Shown piece by piece: positions 48,201 through 57,705 of a stretch of DNA of 64,000 nucleotides. The first letter of the stretch is position 1. Each line of letters starts with the position of its first letter. The translations under genes were made by a program, and so were the position numbers. Source of the stretch: Gemmatimonas sp. (GTDB lineage Bacteria > Gemmatimonadota > Gemmatimonadetes > Gemmatimonadales > Gemmatimonadaceae); contig JANNVQ010000043.1 in assembly GCA_031414535.1 (NCBI GenBank), forward strand, positions 1 to 64,000, in the 5' to 3' direction. A model generated the notes under the pieces. The model worked only from the letters and a program-made list of their open reading frames with translations. It ran no database searches and was not told the origin of the DNA.

Positions 48201-49634
48201 ATGCCTTCTTCACGACAGCTGCTGATCCTGTCCGCGCTTGCTTTGGCGGCCTGCAGCGGGCGAACTGGTTTGTTGCCGCGCACGGCACCTGCTCCGTCGG
48301 CACCCGCGGCCTCGGCCGTGGATGCGGCTGACCCTACGCTGGTGGCGCCGCTGGTCCCGAGTAGCACGGCACCGGCGGACGCCCCCGCAGCGGATGAAGT
48401 TGCTGGCGAAATAGTGGTAGAGCCAGAGGCGGTGCCGAGCTCGCTGCCGCCTGCCTGGGACATTGAAGTGGCCCCCTACGAGTCCCACCAGCGCGTAGAG
48501 TATTTCGTGGGTCGTTTTTCTGGGCCGCTCAAAGCTTCGTTTGAGCTCGCCATGGAACGGCAGAGCCGCTACGCCCCAATGATTCGCGAGCGCCTGCGGG
48601 CCGGCGGATTGCCTGAGGACATGATTTACCTCTCGCTGATCGAGAGCTGGTACGACCCGCACGCGTATTCCATTGCGGCGGCCGTCGGCATGTGGCAGTT
48701 CATGACGACGACGGCGCGCGGCGTCGGCATGCGCGTGGATTGGTGGGTGGATGAGCGTCGTGACCCGGTGCGCTCCACCGAAGGCGCGGTGGCGTACTTG
48801 AACGAACTGAAGGAAACATTCGGCTCCATCTATCTCGCCTCGGCCGCATACAATGGCGGGCCTGGCCGCATCTCGCGTGGCCTCGTGGAACACGCGGAGG
48901 CTTTGGGCGGAGCCGCGGGCGATGACTTGTTCTTTGCGCTCTCAGACAACACGCGTGCGCTTCGTCCCGAGACGCGTGACTACGTGCCGAAGTTGATTGC
49001 GGCGGCCTTGGTGGGTAAGGATCCGGCCCGCTACGGCATTGAGGTGCGCTCAGTTCAACCGTGGACCTTCGACAGCGTGCATGTAGACGCGAATGTGCCC
49101 TTCGCGGCCGTGGCCAAGGCCGCCGGCATCCCCGTGGACACACTGCGCGACTACAATCCGCAATATTTGCGCGGCATGACGCCGCCAACCGGTACCGCGG
49201 TGTGGCTACGTGTGCCCGTAGGGAGCGCCGAGCATTTTGCGTCTGCGTTCGAGGCACTGCCCGAAGCAGATCGCGCGGCGACCAAGCGCGTGGTCACGCG
49301 CGACGGTGACTTCATCACACGCATCGCGCGGGCGCATGGGCTGACTGCCCAGCAGCTCAACTGGTACAACCCACAGGCTACGCGCTTGCGCAACGGCAAC
49401 CTGACGGCGGGACAGCGCATCCTCGTCCCGCGTCGCGATGTGGTGGCGGCAGCGCGGGATGTGCCCAATCCTGCTGTCGCACGCTACGGGGCCTCAGCGC
49501 AATACACGGTGCGGCGCGGTGACACGCTGGGCGCAATCGCGCGGCGTCACGGCACGACGGTCGCGCAGATCAAGCGCTGGAACCGGATGCGTAATGATGT
49601 GATTCGGGCGGGGCAGAGGCTGAGAGTTAGATAG
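48201..49634 (+). CDS. MltD-like lytic transglycosylase lipoprotein with LysM domains
   Basis: LAAC lipobox, IES, GMWQFM, DERRDP, AAYNGG and YTVRRGDTL. Confidence 0.9.
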   Translation: MPSSRQLLILSALALAACSGRTGLLPRTAPAPSAPAASAVDAADPTLVAPLVPSSTAPADAPAADEVAGEIVVEPEAVPSSLPPAWDIEVAPYESHQRVEYFVGRFSGPLKASFELAMERQSRYAPMIRERLRAGGLPEDMIYLSLIESWYDPHAYSIAAAVGMWQFMTTTARGVGMRVDWWVDERRDPVRSTEGAVAYLNELKETFGSIYLASAAYNGGPGRISRGLVEHAEALGGAAGDDLFFALSDNTRALRPETRDYVPKLIAAALVGKDPARYGIEVRSVQPWTFDSVHVDANVPFAAVAKAAGIPVDTLRDYNPQYLRGMTPPTGTAVWLRVPVGSAEHFASAFEALPEADRAATKRVVTRDGDFITRIARAHGLTAQQLNWYNPQATRLRNGNLTAGQRILVPRRDVVAAARDVPNPAVARYGASAQYTVRRGDTLGAIARRHGTTVAQIKRWNRMRNDVIRAGQRLRVR

Positions 49635-49635
49635 C

Positions 49636-49659
49636 GGACGGATGACGGATGACGGATGA
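49636..49659. repeat. Tandem GACGGAT heptamers (about 3 copies)
   Basis: GGACGGATGACGGATGACGGATGA between convergent genes. Confidence 0.7.
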
Positions 49660-49675
49660 TAGAAGCAATTGCACG

Positions 49676-50137
49676 CTACGCTTCCTTCCGCTTCTCCAAC
49701 AACCGCACGTCGCCGATAATCATGTGCTGGTCCACAGCCTTGGCCATGTCGTAGATGGTCAGTAGCGCCACGCTCACCGCCGTCAGCGCTTCCATTTCCA
49801 CGCCGGTCTGGCCGATGGTGCGCACCTCGGCTTCGCAGCGCACGCCAGGTAGCGCGGCGTCGAGCGTGAAGCGCAGTTGCACATCGCTCAGCATGAGCGG
49901 ATGACACAGCGGGATGAGGTCGCTCGTCCGCTTGGCGGCCATCACGCCGGCGATGCGCGCGGTGCCGAGAACGTCGCCCTTGGGGAGTTGCGCATCGCGC
50001 ACCTTGGCGAAGGCCTCGGCACTCATCGTGATCTGGCCGGCAGCTCTCGCCATCCGCTTCACGCTGGCCTTGGCGCTCACGTCCACCATTGAGGCTTCGC
50101 CGGCGGCGTTCACGTGCGAGAGGGACTTGTCGCTCAT
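49676..50137 (-). CDS. moaC: Cyclic pyranopterin monophosphate synthase
   Basis: [22 protein letters not shown] and IYDMAKAVD. Confidence 0.96.
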   Translation of the reverse strand: MSDKSLSHVNAAGEASMVDVSAKASVKRMARAAGQITMSAEAFAKVRDAQLPKGDVLGTARIAGVMAAKRTSDLIPLCHPLMLSDVQLRFTLDAALPGVRCEAEVRTIGQTGVEMEALTAVSVALLTIYDMAKAVDQHMIIGDVRLLEKRKEA

Positions 50138-51195
50138 GGGTTGACTCCAGCGATGGTCTCGAGCAATTCGGCTGTGACGAGTTGTGGATTAGCGTTGCCG
50201 GCGGCGGCCACCTTGGCCTCTTCGATGAACGGCATCACCTTGGCTGCGCGCTGGGCGCCTGCTTCGTCGCCGCGTTCCGCGGCCTGCCGCACGCGCTCGT
50301 GCACCACGATGCTCAGTGCGTCGAGCACGTCGCTGAACTTGCCGCGCGCCTTGGAGGAGCCTGAAGTGAAGGCGGCGCGAAAGCGTTGCTCCGGACCGGC
50401 GTCCGCTGCCGCCAGCAACTGACGAGCTCGCGTGAGCGCGGCCTGCTGGTCATCGCCGCCGAGCAACTTGCCAGGGGCGCCGCCGGCCATGCGCAGCAGT
50501 TCGGCTTGCTGCACGTTGGGCATCTTCTCGGCGGCGATGGGGTCCGCGAGGAAGGCGCGCATCGCTTCGCTTGAAAGCGGTGCCACTCGCACTTGCACCA
50601 CGCGCGACCGAATGGTCTGGAGCATGGCGTGCGGTTCGCTCGACGTGAGAATGATGAAGGTGTCGGCGGGAGGTTCCTCGAGGAGCTTGAGGAACATGTT
50701 GGCGGCTTCGGGATTGGCCAATTGCGGCACCATGCGCTCGGCGTCGCCCACGATGATCACCTTGCGCTTGGCCAGCGCAGGGGAGCGCGAGGCGACGAAT
50801 CGCAGGTACTTCGTGTCGCCCTTGTAGATACCGCAGGATCCGTCGGGGCGCGCGTACAGGCCATTGGCCTCCACGCGCTCAGCCACACGAGCGTCCTGCA
50901 GGGGCTTCAAATCGTCGTAATCCCAATCGTTTGAACCCGACACATTCTCGTGCGGGAACACCCAATGCAGGTCAGGATGCTGCAACTCCAGCACGTAGCG
51001 GCAGTGCTGACAGCGGCCGCAGGGCTTGTGCTCCTCTTGGCAGAGCAGGCGCTGCGCAATCCAAATTGCGAGCCGCTGTTTGCCCACACCCGAGGGGCCG
51101 TGCAAGAGGAGCGAGGCGGGCAGGCCGGCCCGATCGATCTGCCAGGCGAACTGTTCGCGAAGGGCCTCGTGGCCATAGAGCGGGAGAATTGGCAC
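50134..51195 (-). CDS. holB: DNA polymerase III delta' subunit
   Basis: [25 protein letters not shown] and TIRSR. Confidence 0.88.
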   Translation of the reverse strand: MPILPLYGHEALREQFAWQIDRAGLPASLLLHGPSGVGKQRLAIWIAQRLLCQEEHKPCGRCQHCRYVLELQHPDLHWVFPHENVSGSNDWDYDDLKPLQDARVAERVEANGLYARPDGSCGIYKGDTKYLRFVASRSPALAKRKVIIVGDAERMVPQLANPEAANMFLKLLEEPPADTFIILTSSEPHAMLQTIRSRVVQVRVAPLSSEAMRAFLADPIAAEKMPNVQQAELLRMAGGAPGKLLGGDDQQAALTRARQLLAAADAGPEQRFRAAFTSGSSKARGKFSDVLDALSIVVHERVRQAAERGDEAGAQRAAKVMPFIEEAKVAAAGNANPQLVTAELLETIAGVNP

Positions 51196-51265
51196 ACAAG
51201 AAATCTAGTGGCCATGCCGCACACTCGCCCTGCTACGCGCCGAGTGACGCCAGCTAGCAGCACTC

Positions 51266-52411
51266 TTACTTCCGCAGCGCCTCGTAGGCTTGGCACACGC
51301 GGTCGAGGGCCTCTTTGGCCGTCGCTCCGTCGGCGGAAAGGTGTCCCATCTTGCGGCCGGGACGCGCCTGCTTCTTTCCGTAGAGGTGCACGCGGACGCC
51401 GGGAATCGCCAGCGCCTTGGTCACGTCGGGGGCGCCGCCCTCCCAGAGATCACCCAACAAATTGTGAATCGCCGCGGGCCGGACGATTTCCACGCTGCCC
51501 AGCGGCAGATGGCAGACGGCGCGCACCAACTGTTCAAACTGGCTGGTGGGATGGGCGCGCTCCGAATGGTGATACGTATTGTGCGGACGCGGCGCCAACT
51601 CGTTCACAAGCAACTGTCCGTTGCCGAGGATGAACATCTCCACGGCCAGCAGTCCAACGATGCCGAGCTCCGTGGCAATTGCCAACGCGAGCTTCTCCGC
51701 GCCGGCGCTCATCTCGTCGCTCACCCCGGCGGGCGTGACGGCCCAAGTGAGCACGCCGTCGGTGTGATGGTTGCGCGACGGTGGATAAGCGACGCTCACC
51801 CCATCGGCGCGACGTGCAACGAGCACGGAGATTTCCGTGTGAATGTCGAGGAAGGCTTCCACTACGCACACCGGAGCCTTCAATGACTCAAAAGCCGCGC
51901 TCCCTGCGCCTGCGGTCTTCACGCGCACTTGTCCGCGGCCGTCGTAGCCGCCCATCGCGCTCTTCACGATGCTCGGACCAAGCGCGGCCACGGCTTGGGC
52001 GGCTTCGTTGGCGTTGGTCACCGTGCGGAAGTCGCCAAGTGGGAAGTGGTGCCGAGCGAGCCATTGCTTCTGACGCGCACGTTCTTGGATGGTGAACACC
52101 GCTTCCACGCCCGGGTGTAAGGGCGCCACGCTCGCCACGGCCTCGAGCGAGTGCCGCGGGATCTGCTCGATTTCGAGAGTGACGGCCGCGCACCCCTGAG
52201 CAAGTTCCGCCGCCGCCGCCGCGTCCGACCACGGGGCCGTGATGGTGTACGTAGACACACCGCGGGCAGGGCAGTCCTGTTCCGGATCTAACACGCGCAC
52301 CTCGTATCCGAGCGTGCGGGCGGCCATCGCGGTCATTCGGCCGAGCTGGCCACCACCGAGGAAACCGAGTGTGGACCCGGCGGGCACTGGGGCGCGTGAC
52401 GCGCCGGTCAC
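51266..52411 (-). CDS. purK: N5-CAIR synthase
   Basis: [24 protein letters not shown] and RKMGH. Confidence 0.95.
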   Translation of the reverse strand: MTGASRAPVPAGSTLGFLGGGQLGRMTAMAARTLGYEVRVLDPEQDCPARGVSTYTITAPWSDAAAAAELAQGCAAVTLEIEQIPRHSLEAVASVAPLHPGVEAVFTIQERARQKQWLARHHFPLGDFRTVTNANEAAQAVAALGPSIVKSAMGGYDGRGQVRVKTAGAGSAAFESLKAPVCVVEAFLDIHTEISVLVARRADGVSVAYPPSRNHHTDGVLTWAVTPAGVSDEMSAGAEKLALAIATELGIVGLLAVEMFILGNGQLLVNELAPRPHNTYHHSERAHPTSQFEQLVRAVCHLPLGSVEIVRPAAIHNLLGDLWEGGAPDVTKALAIPGVRVHLYGKKQARPGRKMGHLSADGATAKEALDRVCQAYEALRK

Positions 52412-52893
52412 GGCAGGGTTTGCGCGCGGACGTCCGCGGCACGCGACTCACGCCAAGCCCTGAGCTTGGCGCGAATTTCTGGCTGGTGCGTGCCAATGAT
52501 CTCAGCGGCGAGAATCGCCGCGTTGGTGGCTCCAGGCTTTCCGATGGCCAAGGTGCCCACGGGGACGCCAGCGGGCATCTGCACGATGCTGAGCAGGGCA
52601 TCCAAGCCATTGAGCCCAGTGGCGGCAACGGGCACTCCAAGCACCGGCACGAGTGTCTTCGCCGCGACCATTCCCGGCAAGTGCGCCGCCCCGCCTGCCG
52701 CGGCGATGATCACCATCAAGCCGCGTCCTTCTGCCTCTTCCGCGTAGCGGAACATGTCGTCGGGCGTGCGGTGGGCGGACACGACCTTGGCTTCGAAGGG
52801 AATGCCGAGGTGGGTGAGAAACTCGCAGGCCGGAGCAAGATGCTCGTAGTCCGACTTGGAGCCCATGATGACGCCAACGAGGGGTGCGGTCAT
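52408..52893 (-). CDS. purE: N5-CAIR mutase
   Basis: MGSKSD, SAHRTP, AAHLPGM and SIVQMP. Confidence 0.96.
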   Translation of the reverse strand: MTAPLVGVIMGSKSDYEHLAPACEFLTHLGIPFEAKVVSAHRTPDDMFRYAEEAEGRGLMVIIAAAGGAAHLPGMVAAKTLVPVLGVPVAATGLNGLDALLSIVQMPAGVPVGTLAIGKPGATNAAILAAEIIGTHQPEIRAKLRAWRESRAADVRAQTLP

Positions 52894-53402
52894 AGCGGAA
52901 ATGTAATCTTCAAGAGGGCGCGAAGCGTGTTCAAATTGCGGCCAGTACCAAGGTCCGTGAACGGGACTTTCAGTTTGGATTGTCCCATGCCATCGGGAAA
53001 ATGGATGTAGACCTCGCGGCGTCCGGCCGCCAAACGCTCGCCGCCGAGTGGCTTCACGCTCGCGAGAATCTTTTTATCTGGTGCGCTCTCCAAGAACAGC
53101 ACCATCACCTTGGCTGGCTCCGCGTTTTGAAACGGGTTCGCCGCTTCAATCTCTTGGAGTTCCTCGGCGCTGCGGAGCAACACCGTGCACGGCTTCCCGA
53201 GGTGCTTCAACAGCGCGGCCTCGAGCGCTGATTTCACGACGGGCGCGGACTTCCGGCTCTCGAATACGAGGTTGCCCGACTGGATGTAGGTCCGCACCTC
53301 GGTGAAGCCGAGCGCAGTTGCCATGTCACGAAGCTCAGCCATCGGCAACTTGCCGGTGCCGCCGACGTTTACCGCGCGAATCAGTGCGATGTATTGGGCC
53401 AT
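52890..53402 (-). CDS. DUF1697 protein
   Basis: LIRAVNVGG, VRTYIQSGN and RNLNT. Confidence 0.88.
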   Translation of the reverse strand: MAQYIALIRAVNVGGTGKLPMAELRDMATALGFTEVRTYIQSGNLVFESRKSAPVVKSALEAALLKHLGKPCTVLLRSAEELQEIEAANPFQNAEPAKVMVLFLESAPDKKILASVKPLGGERLAAGRREVYIHFPDGMGQSKLKVPFTDLGTGRNLNTLRALLKITFPL

Positions 53403-53408
53403 ATGGCC

Positions 53409-54155
53409 CTATCTTCGCACGCGTGCCATGCCGCCGTCCACTGCGATGACCTGACCGGTAACCCAATCGGAGGCCGGATCAAGCAACCATCGGGCCGCCG
53501 GTACCAGATCTTCTGGCCGTCCAATGCGGCCAAGTGGGTGCATGCTCACGGACATCTCCAGCGACTTCGCGTTGCCCGTAATGCGCGAGGCCAGAGGCGT
53601 ATCTACGAGGCCCGGAGCAAGGGCATTCACACGCAGCCGACGTGTGGCGTAGGTCGCCGCGGCGCTGCGCACTAACCCACCCACGGCGCCCTTGGCGGCG
53701 GCGATGGCTTCGTGATTGGGCAGGCCAACCTCCGACGCCGAGCTCGCGAACAAGAGGACGCTCCCGCCATCCGTCATGACCTTCCCAGCGGCGCGAATGG
53801 CGGCGAAGGCTGTCTGCACATTGAGCCGAAGGGTTTCGGCGAGCTCGGCCTCGCTCGTGAGGTGCGCGGGCTTGAGCAGAATTGAACCCACTGCGTTCAC
53901 GATGCCGGCCACGCGGCCGTACTCAGCCGCGGCCTGCGCCACGAGCGCCTCGACGGCGGCAAAGTCGGAGGCTTCCACGACCTTTGCGCTGGCGTTGAGT
54001 TCATCCGCCAGAGGCTGCAGGCGCTCCAGCGAACGTCCAGCGAGAATGAGCCGTGCGCCGTCGGCGGCGAGGTTGCGGCCAATGGCGGAGCCGATGCCGC
54101 CGCTGGCGCCGATGACGATGTAGACGCCAGCCGAGGAAAGTTCGCGGGTGATCAT
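53409..54155 (-). CDS. Short-chain dehydrogenase/reductase
   Basis: GASGGIG, VNALAPG and WVTGQVIAVDGG; catalytic YxxxK appears as IAAAK. Confidence 0.88.
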   Translation of the reverse strand: MITRELSSAGVYIVIGASGGIGSAIGRNLAADGARLILAGRSLERLQPLADELNASAKVVEASDFAAVEALVAQAAAEYGRVAGIVNAVGSILLKPAHLTSEAELAETLRLNVQTAFAAIRAAGKVMTDGGSVLLFASSASEVGLPNHEAIAAAKGAVGGLVRSAAATYATRRLRVNALAPGLVDTPLASRITGNAKSLEMSVSMHPLGRIGRPEDLVPAARWLLDPASDWVTGQVIAVDGGMARVRR

Positions 54156-54224
54156 ACGGGGGGAACGACTCGCGCGCGCCTAGGGTTCCGAGTCCGTGAA
54201 CGAAAATGCGAGGCCTGGACGAGC

Positions 54225-54260
54225 AAAACGCCCCGAGGCGCAAAAGCGACCCGGGGCGTT
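54225..54260 (-). terminator. Intrinsic terminator downstream of the tRNA-Asn 3' end
   Basis: AACGCCCCG/CGGGGCGTT stem followed by TTTT on the minus strand. Confidence 0.65.
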
Positions 54261-54267
54261 CTGTGAG

Positions 54268-54309
54268 CTCCGACGACAGGACTCGAACCTGTGACCCGGT
54301 GATTAACAG
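54268..54309 (-). pseudogene. 3' half of tRNA-Asn(GTT), prophage attachment site
   Basis: CTGTTAA loop, TCACC, T-arm ACAGG-TTCGAGT-CCTGT and acceptor strand CGTCGGA-G; no D-arm or 5' anticodon stem upstream. Confidence 0.85.
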
Positions 54310-54394
54310 GGAATCCTCTTCCCCTCTGGGGAGCGGATTCTCCTCTGTCGAGTCTCGCCACGGCGAACCGAACCGCGCCCGAATCGGACACAGT

Positions 54395-54416
54395 CGTGCT
54401 ACAGCGCGTGCTACAG
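54395..54416. repeat. CGTGCTACAG x2, probable integrase arm-type sites
   Basis: Perfect 10-bp direct repeat with a 2-bp spacer, about 85 bp from the att core. Confidence 0.65.
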
Positions 54417-54432
54417 GGCTGGCGGTGCGTTC

Positions 54433-55137
54433 ATGAGCCACGATCTCACGCACGAACAGGTCGTCGGTGCGCCGAAGGTGCGCTCGTCTTCCAAGCTCGC
54501 GGCCATCAACGCCATTGCGGCGATGGCCAACGAGACCCCGCGCCCGACGCCGCGCCTGGCGCTCCATGTGTCAGAGCTTCGCGATGCGATCGCCGATGGC
54601 GAGAACACTGGCGCGCTGACTCCGGCGCAGGTGCAGAGCCTGACCGCCACGTTGGAGGCGCTGGAGCGTGCGCATCCGGGAGCGACCCTCTTGCCGCTCG
54701 ATGCGGCAGAGCGTCCGGATCTGGAGCAGGCGGCGACGGCGTACCTCGAACGGCAGCGCGCCGGGTTGCTGGAGCGAGGAGATAGCGCGACTTGGCCGGT
54801 GTGTGCGCCCGGCCCCTGCGCCGCTGGGCCCTTTGGCCTGGTGCTGCCGAACACGGTGCCGTCTCGCGCGGATGCCGAGGCATTGCTCGCGCAGCTCGTG
54901 AGCACCCACGGCCTCCGTGAGCTGACGTCTCGCGAGCGGGAAGCGTTGCGGTCGTTGCGCCGGCAGGGCATTCGACAGCCGAGCGCGCCGGAAGAGTTCG
55001 TGGCGATCGCCAAGGCGACGCTGCGGCGACGCTCAAAGGCGGCGAAACGGGCGCGCCATGCCCAACGGATGATGGAAGGCAACCGTGCGGCCGCCGAGCG
55101 GTTGGCGAACGTCGACGGCGCGGAGGTCGCATGCTGA
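54433..55137 (+). CDS. Phage hypothetical protein
   Basis: First ORF of the co-oriented prophage run; overlaps the next start. Confidence 0.55.
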   Translation: MSHDLTHEQVVGAPKVRSSSKLAAINAIAAMANETPRPTPRLALHVSELRDAIADGENTGALTPAQVQSLTATLEALERAHPGATLLPLDAAERPDLEQAATAYLERQRAGLLERGDSATWPVCAPGPCAAGPFGLVLPNTVPSRADAEALLAQLVSTHGLRELTSREREALRSLRRQGIRQPSAPEEFVAIAKATLRRRSKAAKRARHAQRMMEGNRAAAERLANVDGAEVAC

Positions 55138-55415
55138 GCACGCTGGTCGACGCCCTCACGCGTGTGCCGTGGTGGGCCATTCTGCTGGTGGTGGTGGTGA
55201 TCAATCTGGCCGCCGCCTTCTGCTTCATCTGGTGGCTCCTCGAGGAGCCGGCGGAGACCGGGCTGCGCTACTGGTTGTGGCTGATCGTCTGGGCGGGCTG
55301 CGCGGCCGTGCTCAGGGCGCTCACCGTCGCGGCGGTCCTCCTCGTGCATCTCATCGAGCGTGGCGCGTGGACCGCGGTGGAGTCCCAGTCGGCGCCCGCC
55401 CGGAGGGTGCCATGA
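55131..55415 (+). CDS. Phage membrane protein (2 TM)
   Basis: GGAGG RBS and hydrophobic segments. Confidence 0.6.
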   Translation: MLSTLVDALTRVPWWAILLVVVVINLAAAFCFIWWLLEEPAETGLRYWLWLIVWAGCAAVLRALTVAAVLLVHLIERGAWTAVESQSAPARRVP

Positions 55416-55696
55416 TGCGTGCGCACCTGTGGGACCTGGTCACGGCGGTGGTGATGGCCGTCGTGCTCGCCGTGACGGTGACGGTCGGTGGCGTGCTCAC
55501 GATCGTCGCGGGCATCAGCGCGGCGCTGTTCGCGCTATCCCTGCGGACGCTCGGCGCCGCGGTGCTGACGTCGATGCAGCCGCAGACACGGCACGAGAAG
55601 CGTGTCGTGCAGCGGATCCATCAGGACATCCGGCACCGCATGGCACAACTGCAGGTGCAGCAGGCGTCGGATTCTCACGCGGGCGGTGGCGCATGA
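55412..55696 (+). CDS. Phage membrane protein
   Basis: ATGA overlap, GGAGG RBS, hydrophobic N-terminal half. Confidence 0.6.
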   Translation: MMRAHLWDLVTAVVMAVVLAVTVTVGGVLTIVAGISAALFALSLRTLGAAVLTSMQPQTRHEKRVVQRIHQDIRHRMAQLQVQQASDSHAGGGA

Positions 55697-56043
55697 GCCC
55701 GGTGCAACGCATGATCGTCCCGTCCTCCAACCCCTGCAGCACGTGCGGCACGCCGATGCTCGTGACGCAGGATGCGATTGGTCGGCCGCGCGAGCGGTGC
55801 CCGCAGTGCCAGGGCGTGGTGCGGGAGCCGATGGAAGCGGGCGTGGTCGGGCCGCTCCACCGGCAGACCGCCACGTGCAAGGCGGAGCTCGCGTGGGAGC
55901 TGCGCGGGTCCGTGGCGACCCCGCGGCCCGTGCGCCACTGCCTGGACTGCGGCACCGGCCTCCCGGCGCAAACCCTCGGCCGCCCGCGGCAGCGCTGCGC
56001 GGACCGGGACTCCTGCCAGCAGCGGCAGCGGCGGCGCGCATGA
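55693..56043 (+). CDS. Phage zinc-finger protein
   Basis: CSTC, CPQC and CLDC; ATGA overlap. Confidence 0.6.
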   Translation: MSPVQRMIVPSSNPCSTCGTPMLVTQDAIGRPRERCPQCQGVVREPMEAGVVGPLHRQTATCKAELAWELRGSVATPRPVRHCLDCGTGLPAQTLGRPRQRCADRDSCQQRQRRRA

Positions 56044-56654
56044 GTGGTCGCGACGCGGCTCGCGTCTTCAACGGGGCGACGTCACGGGCGATCGCGCACG
56101 CGGTGCGCGCGGCGATTGCCCGGCATGGGACACCCGCGCAGGCGATGGCCACCTGCCCGGACTGCAGTGGTCCGCTCACGTTCTCGCGTGAGCCGCTGAC
56201 GGGGCACACCCTCGAGCGCTGCGCCGAGTGCGGGCGCTCGGTACCGGTGGTCCGGCTCCCGGCAGCCGTGCTCGAGGAGCACCCGATCCCGATGGCGCCG
56301 AACGCCAGGCAATGCGAGCGGTGCGGTGCGGAGCTGCCGGAGGGCAAGGTCGGCATGCGGCGTGCCCGCTTCTGCCGCGCGCGGCGCGCCTGCATCAAGG
56401 CGAGCCAAGGCCGGGCGCTCACGCCGGCCGCGCCCGCGCTGACGGATGACATGGTGCTCGAGAAGTTGCCGCCCCATCACCAAGAGGCGCGGCGGCTGCG
56501 CGACGTGGCCGCCGAGCTCACGGAGTTCTCGACGGAGCAGGTCCGGCGGAAGCTGGTGCGCCTGGTGCATCGCGGGCGTGTGCGCACGACCGTCCATCCG
56601 CATCGGCGGGTGCAGGGTGGTCGCAATCCGCTGCGCTACTGGAGGGCGGCGTGA
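56040..56654 (+). CDS. Phage zinc-ribbon plus winged-HTH-like protein
   Basis: CPDC, CAEC and CERC; C-terminal LRDVAAEL...VRRKLVRLVHRGRV. Confidence 0.6.
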   Translation: MSGRDAARVFNGATSRAIAHAVRAAIARHGTPAQAMATCPDCSGPLTFSREPLTGHTLERCAECGRSVPVVRLPAAVLEEHPIPMAPNARQCERCGAELPEGKVGMRRARFCRARRACIKASQGRALTPAAPALTDDMVLEKLPPHHQEARRLRDVAAELTEFSTEQVRRKLVRLVHRGRVRTTVHPHRRVQGGRNPLRYWRAA

Positions 56655-56827
56655 GAGCAACGACAACGATTCCCGTGAGCGTCGAGCGCATCACCGAACT
56701 GAGCAATCGCATGCTCGAGCGGAACGGCTACGTGTTCGAACAGAGCGACGGGTGCCGCCCGCTCACGGTGAAGGATCTGGCCGAAGAGTACGCGCAATCG
56801 CTCGCGCCTCAGCCCCCACGCCCATGA
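56651..56827 (+). CDS. Phage hypothetical 58-aa protein (not in the ORF track)
   Basis: GTGA overlap, GGAGG RBS; MRATTTIPVSVERITELSNRML... Confidence 0.5.
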   Translation: MRATTTIPVSVERITELSNRMLERNGYVFEQSDGCRPLTVKDLAEEYAQSLAPQPPRP

Positions 56828-56923
56828 CCCGCTTCGACGAAGGCATCGAGGACGAGGCTGGGCTGGGTGTCGTGCATGGGGCGCGACACTCGAGCGCAGC
56901 TCCCACACAGACGGGAGCAGGGA

Positions 56924-57136
56924 ATGACGGAGATGACGACGCGGCGCGCGGTCTTGGCGCTGCTGCTGGTGCTGACCCTCGCGGGACTGATGGGCTGCCG
57001 GGAGCCGCTGGCGCCGGCGCTGCGCTTCTGCGGGGTGGACACCCTGCAGGTGCCGGTGACCATGGGGGACACGACGTACTCGGAGATCCTGATTCGGCCG
57101 CGCCGCTGCGATGACGCGGTGCCCTACACGCAGTGA
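56924..57136 (+). CDS. Small phage lipoprotein
   Basis: RR-hydrophobic-LMGC lipobox plus two further Cys. Confidence 0.6.
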   Translation: MTEMTTRRAVLALLLVLTLAGLMGCREPLAPALRFCGVDTLQVPVTMGDTTYSEILIRPRRCDDAVPYTQ

Positions 57137-57178
57137 GCGCACAACGCGCTCGCTCACAACGACTGAGAGGACGGGACG

Positions 57179-57520
57179 ATGCCACGGGGAGTGAAGGGAA
57201 GCGGGAAGCCAGGGAAGCCAGTGACTGCGCGGCCATCCATCGACGCGGAGCTCGATGCCATCGATTCACGCACACCGACGTGCGCGCGTGATGGGGCAGC
57301 GCTCACGTCGACTGGTGAGTGTCTGTCGTGCAAGGCGCGGGCTGCGCGATTTGTCGATCTGTTGCGCTACGAGACGGAGTCTCGGCGCTGCGACATCTGC
57401 AAGGCACCAGCCAAGAATGCACGTGGCGGGCGCCGGCTCTGTGTGCCGTGCCGGAAGCTGGCCGCTCGTGAAGAGAAGGCCAAGCAGGCGCTGAAGCAGC
57501 CCGCTCCGGGGCACCGCTAG
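57179..57520 (+). CDS. Phage zinc-finger protein
   Basis: CLSC, CDIC and CVPC; basic N-terminus. Confidence 0.55.
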   Translation: MPRGVKGSGKPGKPVTARPSIDAELDAIDSRTPTCARDGAALTSTGECLSCKARAARFVDLLRYETESRRCDICKAPAKNARGGRRLCVPCRKLAAREEKAKQALKQPAPGHR

Positions 57521-57705
57521 TGCGCCGTCAGCTGCGGCGCGCGGTCGTGTGGATCTTCGGCTGGCTCGAGCGTGCCTGGCTCGGGCCGGTGTGCGTGCGC
57601 TGCGAAGAGCGGCATGGCGCGCACGACGCGGAGCTGTGCGACTACTTCGTGCGCGGCCAGGAGCAGGAACTGCAGGCGCTCCGGGAGACGTCGCGTGCCC
57701 GCTGA
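57520..57705 (+). CDS. Phage hypothetical protein
   Basis: Start overlaps the previous stop; CVRC..H..H...C. Confidence 0.5.
   Translation: MRRQLRRAVVWIFGWLERAWLGPVCVRCEERHGAHDAELCDYFVRGQEQELQALRETSRAR

Noticed and set aside
54268..54345. Intact tRNA-Asn gene
   Set aside because: The sequence 5' of the anticodon loop cannot form the anticodon stem, D-arm or acceptor 5' strand
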